Positions 51,187-59,447 of a stretch of DNA of 64,000 nucleotides are shown piece after piece. The notes beneath the pieces were generated by a model. The model worked only from the letters and a program-made list of their open reading frames with translations. It was not told the DNA's origin and did not search any database. The translations under genes were made by a program, and so were the position numbers. Positions within the stretch are counted from its first letter, which is position 1. The number at the start of each line of letters is the position of its first letter. The stretch is from Sedimentisphaeraceae bacterium JB056. GTDB lineage: Bacteria; Planctomycetota; Phycisphaerae; Sedimentisphaerales; Sedimentisphaeraceae. Location of the stretch: contig JBITAJ010000003.1 in assembly GCA_044440125.1 (NCBI GenBank), positions 96,001 to 160,000 on the forward strand. Direction: 5' to 3'.

Positions 51187-53028
51187 TTATAGATTACAAA
51201 CGCTCAACCGACAAACTTTTGCTAATGAAAATTCACCTGCCTGATCAATAACCAGACGTATTTTTTTTGCCTTTATGCAATCAAATGCATGTGTATTCAA
51301 TCTTTGATAGTTGTCCTTAACTGAAAGTATTTCTTTCCAGCCTTCAGGACTCTCATAAAATAAGCTGTAATTCCGAACTGTTTCCGGTTGAACCTGCCAA
51401 TACATTTTTTCATCCATACCGGAAAGTTTATCTTTTGTAAGAGTAAGGGGACGATGCAAACCTGTATCAAAAACTATTCTGATACAATTAAACTTCACCT
51501 CATGCTCCCAACTCATCATCAACCATTGCGGCATATCACAATCAGCGTCACTACACCAGCGATAATTACTACTATTATAATCAGGAAGCAAACCATCAAG
51601 AGATCTTGTCAAAGCACTCTTAACATTATCAGGTTCACAACCTTCAAGATAAGAAGATGCTTCAACAATTGCCGTATCAGAAATTTCATCTTCTGTTGAA
51701 TCCACATAAGGCAGGAAACAATCATCATTTAATAGATTATTCTGAACTTCCCTGATGTTTTCGCCCTGAAGCAATTCTATTAACGAAATATCATTTTTAA
51801 CAGCCAATGCCGCTGCCGCACCAACACCCTGCCCTACAACGCCACATGTAGCCATAACACGAGCTGAAGTGAAAGCAATATAAGAGGCACTTATATTTCT
51901 GCCGGCAAACATCAAATTATTTATTTCAGAGCTTATACAACTTCGCAGAGGTATAGGATAGATAAAAGAAGCACCTTCCTGCTCCGAAGGTTCTTGATTA
52001 TCAGAATCTATCCCACCTGCCGGATGAGAGTCAAACGGCCAGCCGCCATAGGCAATAGTATCATAAAAAGGCGAAGGCTTCTTAACATCATTTTCTGTAA
52101 GCGTATATAGACCTTTGAATCGTCGCGACTGCCTTTTACCCGGCAAAAACCCGAACCACTTCAATGCATAGTTTTCAGAATCATACTTACCGCTGTTCTT
52201 TATATAGTCCCATACGCCCAGAAGTATGCCCAGAAGCTTTTCACGAACAACAGGCAAATCTTTCACGGTATCTTTATAACCGCCCCATTCTATCCACCAG
52301 TAACCATAGTTGAATTTACTGCAATCTCTGAGAGCCAATTCCTCATCTTTGAACTTCCTCGCCCATTTAGGTAATTCGTAAGGTATCGGTTTGCCCATAT
52401 CTTCTGCTTCAAACAGCAGAGACATCCCCATCTCTCCATCTTCGTGCTTTGGGGGTGCACCCACCTCATTGAAAACCGATTTGCTTTCTCTGCCTCGAAA
52501 GAAACTCGCTCCAGCCTCTGCCGCCATTCTGCCATCGCCGGTGCAATCGATAAAGACCTTAGCATCAATTGTGAAACAATCTTCAGTACAACTTCGCATC
52601 GCATAAGCTTTTTCTATACTGCCGTTGGCAACCTTGACTCCAACTACCGGAGTATCAAGCAGTAATGTAAGTTTAGGCTCTACCATACACTTTTCATAAA
52701 GTATAAGGTCGTGCATAGACCAGCTTCTCTGAGGGTTCCTGACTGCATTTTCCAGTCTTATCTCCTCAATTATACCTGTTTCACGTGCCGCAACTGCTCT
52801 TTCAGCAGAACGATTGCCAAGAAAGTCCGCTCCGCATATATGCATCCTTACCTCAGAAGACGCATTACCACCTAAAACGCTGCGATCATGACAAAGAACC
52901 ACTCTTGCACCATTACGTGCGGCAGATATAGCTGCACACACACCAGCTATTCCGCCCCCGGCAACAAAAACATCGCATTCAAGTTGTTTTTCTGTAGAAA
53001 TCCCAGTAACCCAATCCATACAAATCAT
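51187..53028 (-). CDS. FAD-dependent oxidoreductase (PF12831-like) with C-terminal beta-sandwich
   Basis: DVFVAGGGIAG..AAI.AAR.G, LGGNASSE, IDCTGDG, AGRNIS..RVMATC. Confidence 0.9.
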   Translation of the reverse strand: MICMDWVTGISTEKQLECDVFVAGGGIAGVCAAISAARNGARVVLCHDRSVLGGNASSEVRMHICGADFLGNRSAERAVAARETGIIEEIRLENAVRNPQRSWSMHDLILYEKCMVEPKLTLLLDTPVVGVKVANGSIEKAYAMRSCTEDCFTIDAKVFIDCTGDGRMAAEAGASFFRGRESKSVFNEVGAPPKHEDGEMGMSLLFEAEDMGKPIPYELPKWARKFKDEELALRDCSKFNYGYWWIEWGGYKDTVKDLPVVREKLLGILLGVWDYIKNSGKYDSENYALKWFGFLPGKRQSRRFKGLYTLTENDVKKPSPFYDTIAYGGWPFDSHPAGGIDSDNQEPSEQEGASFIYPIPLRSCISSEINNLMFAGRNISASYIAFTSARVMATCGVVGQGVGAAAALAVKNDISLIELLQGENIREVQNNLLNDDCFLPYVDSTEDEISDTAIVEASSYLEGCEPDNVKSALTRSLDGLLPDYNSSNYRWCSDADCDMPQWLMMSWEHEVKFNCIRIVFDTGLHRPLTLTKDKLSGMDEKMYWQVQPETVRNYSLFYESPEGWKEILSVKDNYQRLNTHAFDCIKAKKIRLVIDQAGEFSLAKVCRLSVCNL

Positions 53029-54557
53029 TTCTGTAGCAATTGATAAATTTCTGTTTTAAACTTTTCAACCTGCGTAAAATCGGCAGTATAATCAACAGGA
53101 CCTTTATATATTTGTTCTAATACCTTTTCGGCGGCATCTCTGCCTTTGAATATTTCCAGAGCCCTGAGATATTCGTAATCTTCCACGCCGTCAAGCCAGC
53201 GTTCAAGCCTCACTGATGCAAGCGGTCCCTTCGTTCCGTAAAACTCTCCCGGATAAACTAACAAACCGTCACCATCAGGTAACCCCTTACGAAAAGCCAT
53301 TTTATCAGGCTGATTCGCATCAACAACAAAGCTATTTACTGCCCAGTAAAGGAAGCCTGTGCCGCCATCTTTCCACACCCGCCATAAAACCGCGCGGTTG
53401 TTGTACGGCGACTGCTCAAGAAGGTAGTTGGGTTGTTTCTCGCCCGGTCCGCAACAGACATAAGTCCACCACTCTTGATCGTTTTCGAGAAGCTCTTTAG
53501 ATTTAACAACATTCTCCTCTTTTATTTTCAAAGCCCATGAGCTCATGCAGAATATCTTCGTATGCTGATCCCATAAATCATAGACAGCAAATAAATCATC
53601 CTTACGCTCTCCTTCTTTAGGGCCACAATAGAAGGTCGTTATAATATTTGCATCTGAATCAAACTTGTGCAGCCTTGCCGCGTTTTTATCAAGGTCATCA
53701 TAATCCTTCAGATTGGAAGGTTCATCAGATATATAGAAATATCCCTTATCGTAATACCCCTGATACTTAGCAGTCTTTATCATCTCATCAAGCTTCCGGT
53801 CGTCAAGGGTATAAAAAGGCAATGCAATATCAGTAAAACGCGGATCAGAGAACAACTCTACAGTTCTTGGATCATCCATCGGCCATGGAGAAGAATACGC
53901 TTCATGCTCCTGCCTTGTAAGCCAATCACAAAGATACGGCGATATGCGATAATCAAGCAGAAACTTTATCCAGCCTTCCATCGCCTCCCTTTTCTTGTCC
54001 TGATCATCAATTTTGAGTATCTTAGTAAACATGTCTGCCCTGATACCGAAAACAGCGGGCAAAGAAGGTTTCAGCGGCAGCACAAGCTCATTTACATTGA
54101 CAGCAACCGGAATAACTTTCTTTTCATCTCCGCAAAATACAGAGATTTTATCATCATAATTGCCCGGTTTGGCAGTTAATGAAGCATGATACGTAAACCA
54201 AAGCTTTATTACACCCGACTCACTTGAAATTCTGCTTCCTGCAGGTACAAGAACATCGTCATAATCACCGACTTTTTCAATTTTACGGCATTTAAATTCC
54301 AGCTCCTTACCGGCTCGCTTTACCACGATATCCTTTTTGCCTTCAGGAAGAGTCACCACCATCTGAAAATGTTCATACTCACCGCGTGCGAGATTCAATT
54401 TAATATCAGATATTCCTGAAAGCTCTTTATAATCAAAAACATTCGACAAACTATGCAAAACCTTACACTGCAAAGCTGTCTGCTGTGCAATACAAAATCC
54501 AACACAACACAAAACACAAAAGACAATAGTCAAAAATCTTTTCATCGTAAAACCCAT
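53025..54557 (-). CDS. DUF4091/GH123-like glycoside hydrolase (putative N-acetylhexosaminidase)
   Basis: ARGEYEHFQ, YISDEP, WTYVCC.P, GFLYW, GDGLLVYPG, SVRLE...DGVEDYEYL. Start 54557 or 54545. Confidence 0.82.
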   Translation of the reverse strand: MGFTMKRFLTIVFCVLCCVGFCIAQQTALQCKVLHSLSNVFDYKELSGISDIKLNLARGEYEHFQMVVTLPEGKKDIVVKRAGKELEFKCRKIEKVGDYDDVLVPAGSRISSESGVIKLWFTYHASLTAKPGNYDDKISVFCGDEKKVIPVAVNVNELVLPLKPSLPAVFGIRADMFTKILKIDDQDKKREAMEGWIKFLLDYRISPYLCDWLTRQEHEAYSSPWPMDDPRTVELFSDPRFTDIALPFYTLDDRKLDEMIKTAKYQGYYDKGYFYISDEPSNLKDYDDLDKNAARLHKFDSDANIITTFYCGPKEGERKDDLFAVYDLWDQHTKIFCMSSWALKIKEENVVKSKELLENDQEWWTYVCCGPGEKQPNYLLEQSPYNNRAVLWRVWKDGGTGFLYWAVNSFVVDANQPDKMAFRKGLPDGDGLLVYPGEFYGTKGPLASVRLERWLDGVEDYEYLRALEIFKGRDAAEKVLEQIYKGPVDYTADFTQVEKFKTEIYQLLQK

Positions 54558-54581
54558 TCTAAATCATTTAGCCTTTCTTAA

Positions 54582-54620
54582 TAAAGGGCTTACACCAATA
54601 CAATCAGAGTAAGCCCTTTA
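54582..54620. terminator. Intra-operon hairpin after the last dockerin gene of module 4
   Basis: 12-bp stem TAAAGGGCTTAC / GTAAGCCCTTTA; loop accaatacaatcaga. Confidence 0.7.
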
Positions 54621-54648
54621 ATAAATTCTCTACCTGTATCTATCTGTC

Positions 54649-56340
54649 TTATTTCAAATCATCACAGTAAGGATCATCAGGATCTGTACAATTGCCCCAT
54701 GAGCTTGCCATCGCAGCAAAATCATAAAGATCAACATCACAATCATTGTCAACATCCATAACAGATGTTCCCCAATCGCCGCAGCCAACTTCACCCCACA
54801 TAGAAATATCATCAATATAGGTATTGGTAGCAGCCCACTGTATAAAGCCGACAGAATTGAATGTCACTTCACTTGCCGCGGCAAAAGGCTGAGCGTATAT
54901 CTCAACATCATTGAGCCATACTGTTATCATATCATCACTGTTGTCTGACTGATCGTTAATATCTATCTTTACCTTTATCTTGTTCCAGTCGTTATCGATA
55001 AAATCAGTCATATTTGCAAGTCTTACATAACTTCCGCCGCCGTCAACCATTTCAAATCCCCATGTAGCAATCCTGAAAGTACATGGCGCTCCCCATATTC
55101 TGTAAGGATAAAAATAGAGGTTTGTACTTGCTTCATCAAGCTTCACCTTGAACTCAAAATACTGCACGCTTTGACCTGCCCATTGCCTTGATACTGCAGA
55201 ATTTTTATCATTTGTTCCCCAGCAATATCTCATCTTTGCACCATTACTCTTAAGATTCAATGATGTAGTACCACTGTAGCTTTCTGCAGTTGAAAAACTT
55301 ACCGCAGAAGTAGGCAAGCCGGTCGGCCAGTATGGATCATACTCATAAGTAGAAGGCAGTTGATCACCATCAGAGAAGCTGTCCCAACCCTGCATAAAAC
55401 TAGTATCAGCTAAAACAGCAGGCTGATTATTTACTGCTATTTCAGAACCTATTTGCTGCCATTTAGCGTTTGTTAAAGGCATATCACGTGCACCGATTTC
55501 CCAATACATACCAAGAGACCAGAAACGATCAAGATCAGAACCAAGCTCAAGCGAGAGCCAATGCCATGGTACAAAACCAATAACATTGCTGTCTGTCTTG
55601 GCCCACTGATAATAAGCTTCAGCATCAATAACATTCTGCTGATCGTAATCATCAAGCGTTGCACCAGGATTACCCTCAGAACCGAAAGCCTGCGGAACTA
55701 TGACAGCCTTCTGCCCCGCCGACATCTTTGGATAAAGATAAGTCTGATAATCACTCTGGACTGTAGCTATGGTTTCACTGTAACAATCAAAACCAATCCA
55801 GTCAACATCTGCAGGTATCGGATCATAGTCGACAGGTTCATCAAAAGAATTAACCCCATCAACAAATACCGGCCTTGCTTCAACAACCAAAACCTTCGTT
55901 GTTGGAAAATCAGCTTTTATTGCAGTGGCTATCGTTGCAATCTCAGAAACTTCAACACCATTCCAGACTGGCTCATCAAGTATGATGAAGCCCTCTATGT
56001 GTCCTGATGCTACCAAAGGAGCTGCCAGATCAGCAAATGCATCCCAGCATCTCTGCCAATCACTGCGAAGTGTCCAGCCATCCCAAACATCGCCAGCCCA
56101 TACTTCTTCACAAAATACCTTGCCAACTTCAACAATGCCGGCCTTGCCTCTGCTCGCAGTTTCGTTGAGCAAACTCAAATCACTAACCATACTGAAATTG
56201 GATGCATCACCTTCCGACCAAGGCTCAGAGTTGAAAAAACCAACCCATTGCAGATTTGAAGTTGCAGCTGCCTGTAAATCCATAGAAAAAGCAGCAATTA
56301 GAATAGATAAAAACAAAGTGTATCTTAATGTTGTTCTCAT
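54649..56340 (-). CDS. Secreted putative TIM-barrel glycosidase + beta-sandwich + Cys-type dockerin-like tail
   Basis: GFIILDEPVWNG, DWIGFDCY, IVPQAFG, GFVPWHW; RYCWGTND; tail CGDWG...DVDNDCDVDLYDF...WGNC. Start ATG 56340 after AGAGGA. Confidence 0.7.
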   Translation of the reverse strand: MRTTLRYTLFLSILIAAFSMDLQAAATSNLQWVGFFNSEPWSEGDASNFSMVSDLSLLNETASRGKAGIVEVGKVFCEEVWAGDVWDGWTLRSDWQRCWDAFADLAAPLVASGHIEGFIILDEPVWNGVEVSEIATIATAIKADFPTTKVLVVEARPVFVDGVNSFDEPVDYDPIPADVDWIGFDCYSETIATVQSDYQTYLYPKMSAGQKAVIVPQAFGSEGNPGATLDDYDQQNVIDAEAYYQWAKTDSNVIGFVPWHWLSLELGSDLDRFWSLGMYWEIGARDMPLTNAKWQQIGSEIAVNNQPAVLADTSFMQGWDSFSDGDQLPSTYEYDPYWPTGLPTSAVSFSTAESYSGTTSLNLKSNGAKMRYCWGTNDKNSAVSRQWAGQSVQYFEFKVKLDEASTNLYFYPYRIWGAPCTFRIATWGFEMVDGGGSYVRLANMTDFIDNDWNKIKVKIDINDQSDNSDDMITVWLNDVEIYAQPFAAASEVTFNSVGFIQWAATNTYIDDISMWGEVGCGDWGTSVMDVDNDCDVDLYDFAAMASSWGNCTDPDDPYCDDLK

Positions 56341-56367
56341 AACCAATCCTCTTAAAAACTCAATTTA

Positions 56368-57117
56368 TTAATAATTGTAAAAATGATATTTAAATCTTGC
56401 CGGTCTGCATATACCATACTCAATCTGCTCTTCTTCAGGTTCGGCAAATTCTATATGTCCATCAACAAAAGAGAAATTGCTTCCACCGGAGTGCCTTAAT
56501 GTATAGCAGTTGTTGTCATTAGGAACAGGCATATTATTGGCCCATCGCCATGTATAAATAGACCATGTTGACTGAATATCAGCCATTATTACCGTATTAC
56601 CGGGATTTTCGATCTTAGCTATCTTAATCGGCTTTGAGTAAAAAGATGAAGCAGGCCAGCGAACCATAGGCATATCAGGCTCATCAATATTTGATGTGCC
56701 ATCATTCATGCCTATAGCTATGCCATGCCCCGGCTTAATTGCATCAGCGTTACTGATCTCAGCTCTCTCGCTTGATGGGCAAGACCATATTCCCTTGCTG
56801 TATCTCAGATTGTCTATTTCGCCTCCAAGATAGCCATTATCTTCAAGGGTGTAAACCCAGTCATCGCCTGCTTCCCAAGCATTGCCATCCTCATCAATAT
56901 CTTCATGCGGCACTGGATATACTCCATTGCTGGCATCAGCGTATGCATTTAATGCTAAAGACATGCTTCGCTGATTACTGCTGCAAAGCGTCTTCTTCGC
57001 CTGCTCTCTAACCTTTGTCAGTGCCGGCATCAGTATTGACATCAGGACTGCAATAATAGATATTACAACAAGCAACTCTATAAGCGTAAAGCCTTTGGTC
57101 TTTTTAAAATTCTTCAT
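56368..57117 (-). CDS. Prepilin-type/H-X9-DG protein (DUF1559-like), module 4
   Basis: KGFTLIELLVVISII; WSCPS; RHSGGSNFSFVDGH. Confidence 0.93.
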   Translation of the reverse strand: MKNFKKTKGFTLIELLVVISIIAVLMSILMPALTKVREQAKKTLCSSNQRSMSLALNAYADASNGVYPVPHEDIDEDGNAWEAGDDWVYTLEDNGYLGGEIDNLRYSKGIWSCPSSERAEISNADAIKPGHGIAIGMNDGTSNIDEPDMPMVRWPASSFYSKPIKIAKIENPGNTVIMADIQSTWSIYTWRWANNMPVPNDNNCYTLRHSGGSNFSFVDGHIEFAEPEEEQIEYGICRPARFKYHFYNY

Positions 57118-57141
57118 CTTATCAACTCATCAACTAAATTA

Positions 57142-58053
57142 TCAGCGTATATCCAGACAGTTTTCTCCACCAGGCTGCGTACATAGGAGCCAGTTTGTTA
57201 CAAAAAGCTGGAGATCCTGCAAATTCACATAACAATCTTTATTAAAATCACCGGCATAATATCCATTCTCGCCACATTCAGCCATAGGCAACGCGGCATC
57301 CTGATACACCTTGAGATTATCTATATAGTATTCACCGTCTGTCGGAACATTAACAGCATAGAAATCTATATTGCCTATATAACCCTGCCAGTAATCCCAT
57401 GTACCGTACCAGTAATCATCACCGGTAATCTCTTCATCATCAATATAGATCCGAAGACGTGGTTTGCTCGGTCCTGTTCCATATTCAGGCTGGAGCATAT
57501 ATATCTTAACATTGTACCACGGTGCAGTAGATGTTTTATCGTACTGCCCAAGATTAGCCCACGCATTGGCCGCCTCAGGACTTCCCTTTCTTGCTGTAAG
57601 TCCCCAGTTACCAACCTGCGGCATCAATGTAAGCTGAACAACACTGTCAATTGCGCGATTAACCCTCATGCCGCCATAAACATTGCCCTGCTGATACATA
57701 TCGAATTCAAGAAGTACATTAACATCACGTGGAACCGGTACTTTTGAAAAATCACCGGTAAAACCAAGATTAAGTTTTAACTGAGAAGTTCCACCGTCTG
57801 TTCTCGGAATAAACGATAAGACATTACCGCGACCATCATGAACCCCGCCAACGCTGCTGAGATCAACAACTGCCCCGGCTTCGTAAGGCTGTCCATAAGG
57901 CTTAACCCACAGATTCTGACCGTTGATATCACCGGTTGTAAACGACTCGAATCCCTGTGAATCGTAAACCATAACCGTATCGGCCGTATTGGGATCAAAA
58001 CAATACCCCAAACCATAACACAAAAACAAAATTGCCAAAACTGTTTTATACAT
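57142..58053 (-). CDS. Secreted beta-sandwich (lectin-like) protein with Cys-type dockerin-like tail
   Basis: GFESF..G.INGQ..W...YYIDNLKV; tail CGENGYYAGDFNKDCYVNLQDL...NWLLC. Confidence 0.78.
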   Translation of the reverse strand: MYKTVLAILFLCYGLGYCFDPNTADTVMVYDSQGFESFTTGDINGQNLWVKPYGQPYEAGAVVDLSSVGGVHDGRGNVLSFIPRTDGGTSQLKLNLGFTGDFSKVPVPRDVNVLLEFDMYQQGNVYGGMRVNRAIDSVVQLTLMPQVGNWGLTARKGSPEAANAWANLGQYDKTSTAPWYNVKIYMLQPEYGTGPSKPRLRIYIDDEEITGDDYWYGTWDYWQGYIGNIDFYAVNVPTDGEYYIDNLKVYQDAALPMAECGENGYYAGDFNKDCYVNLQDLQLFVTNWLLCTQPGGENCLDIR

Positions 58054-58094
58054 AAAAAGTCTCCATAAATTAGTATATTAAAACTTTACTTACA

Positions 58095-59105
58095 TTACAG
58101 TTTACCGGTTGATTCACGAACAACCAGTTCACCTTCAAATAACGTATTTTGCGATTCTACAGACTCACTGGATATCCTGTTTATAAGCAATTCAGCAAGC
58201 TTCTGCCCTATTTGTTCAGTAGGCAGCCTGTATGTTGTCAGAGGAACTTTAAGCTTACTCGAATACCAGCCGTCATTTACACCTGTAACAGAAACATCTC
58301 CCGGCACATCATATCCGGCATTCATTAAATCCATCACTAATTCCGATGCCAGATCATCATTGTAAGCACATATCGCCGTGGGTCTTTGCTTGAACGACAT
58401 CGCTTCTTTTCTAAGCTGAGTAATATCCTGCCTGATATAATCAAGCTCGAAAACAAGCAGAGGCTCATATTTAACATCAAACTCAGCAAGCGCCTTACGA
58501 TAACCTTCAAGCCTGAGCTGTTGTCTTTCATCCGCAAGACTCATCAATGTAAAAGCAATCCTGCGATGCCCAAGTTCAAGTAAGTGCTTGGTTGTCTCAT
58601 AACCGCAAGGAAGAAAATATTGATCTACAGTATCAATACCTTTTATATCACGGCAGTGCCCAAGCATTCCGACATATCCGCCACTATCTACGTATTTCTG
58701 TATTCTCTCAACAACCTCCGTTGAAGACGGCACATAATCAATGATCAAGCCGTCTGCTCCACGACCGATAATATCGTTAATTGCGGATAATTCGACTTCC
58801 TTGTTTCCGTGAGTTACTACAAGCAGAGGTGTATATCCCTGATCCTGCATCCATCTCTCCTGTGCTCCCATGCAATCAATAACAAACGAATCGCGGAGCT
58901 TAGGCACTAATACGCCTATAGTCTTAGTGCTTGCGCCTGCAAGCCCCCTTGCCATCAAATTTGGAACATAATTGAGAGACTCGGCAATTTGCTTGATGCT
59001 GTCTCTTGTCTGGGCGGAAATCTTAGGGTTGCCGCGAAGAGCAAGAGATACTGTCGAGGTATGAACACCTGCTTTTTCTGCTATTTCTTTTAAACTTGCT
59101 GCCAT
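58095..59105 (-). CDS. LacI-family transcriptional regulator (module 4)
   Basis: SLKEIAEKAGVHTSTVSLAL..YVPN..ARGL; GHRRIAF; VPGDVSVTG. Confidence 0.96.
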   Translation of the reverse strand: MAASLKEIAEKAGVHTSTVSLALRGNPKISAQTRDSIKQIAESLNYVPNLMARGLAGASTKTIGVLVPKLRDSFVIDCMGAQERWMQDQGYTPLLVVTHGNKEVELSAINDIIGRGADGLIIDYVPSSTEVVERIQKYVDSGGYVGMLGHCRDIKGIDTVDQYFLPCGYETTKHLLELGHRRIAFTLMSLADERQQLRLEGYRKALAEFDVKYEPLLVFELDYIRQDITQLRKEAMSFKQRPTAICAYNDDLASELVMDLMNAGYDVPGDVSVTGVNDGWYSSKLKVPLTTYRLPTEQIGQKLAELLINRISSESVESQNTLFEGELVVRESTGKL

Positions 59106-59137
59106 TTAATCAAAACCTTTCGTATGTCTATGGTGCC

Positions 59138-59174
59138 ATATTAACAAACTTCAAAAAATAAGTCAAGCGCTTTA
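59138..59174 (-). promoter_or_regulatory. Promoter of the LacI operon with an operator over the -35
   Basis: Minus strand TTGACT (59166-59161), 17 bp, TAATAT with TGn; operator TCAAGCGCTTTA at 59163-59174. Confidence 0.65.
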
Positions 59175-59312
59175 AATATTTTTTATCTCTATTTTTTTTA
59201 CCTTATTTACAAAATCAAGTCACTAATAAACCTGAAACTAAACACAAAACATAAACAACTATAAAAAAAAGACTTACAAACAAAAGCCGACAAAACAATA
59301 CCATCTAAGCAA

Positions 59313-59361
59313 AAAAACGCTTGCAATAACAGCCGTAGAAAACTATAATTCAAACGCTTGC
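59313..59361 (+). promoter_or_regulatory. Promoter of the rightward GH36/SSS operon, flanked by two LacI-type operators
   Basis: TTGCAA (59321-59326), 17 bp, TATAAT (59344-59349); AAAAACGCTTGC (59313-59324) and TCAAACGCTTGC (59350-59361). Confidence 0.75.
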
Positions 59362-59447
59362 CCAAAAAGATTTAAGTCAAATTTAAGAATATAGATTTGG
59401 GCTTCATTACTGATTAATTTCAAACGGTTTAATTAAAGGAACTCTAA

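Noticed and set aside
5592..57117. Calling the prepilin-like genes true gspG/pilA of a T2SS/T4P operon
   Set aside because: No ATPase, secretin, platform or peptidase genes nearby; the CP and H-X9-DG features indicate the planctomycete DUF1559 type
2207..58053. Classical cellulosome
   Set aside because: No cohesin/scaffoldin is recognisable, most tails are single repeats, and no cellulase families are evident
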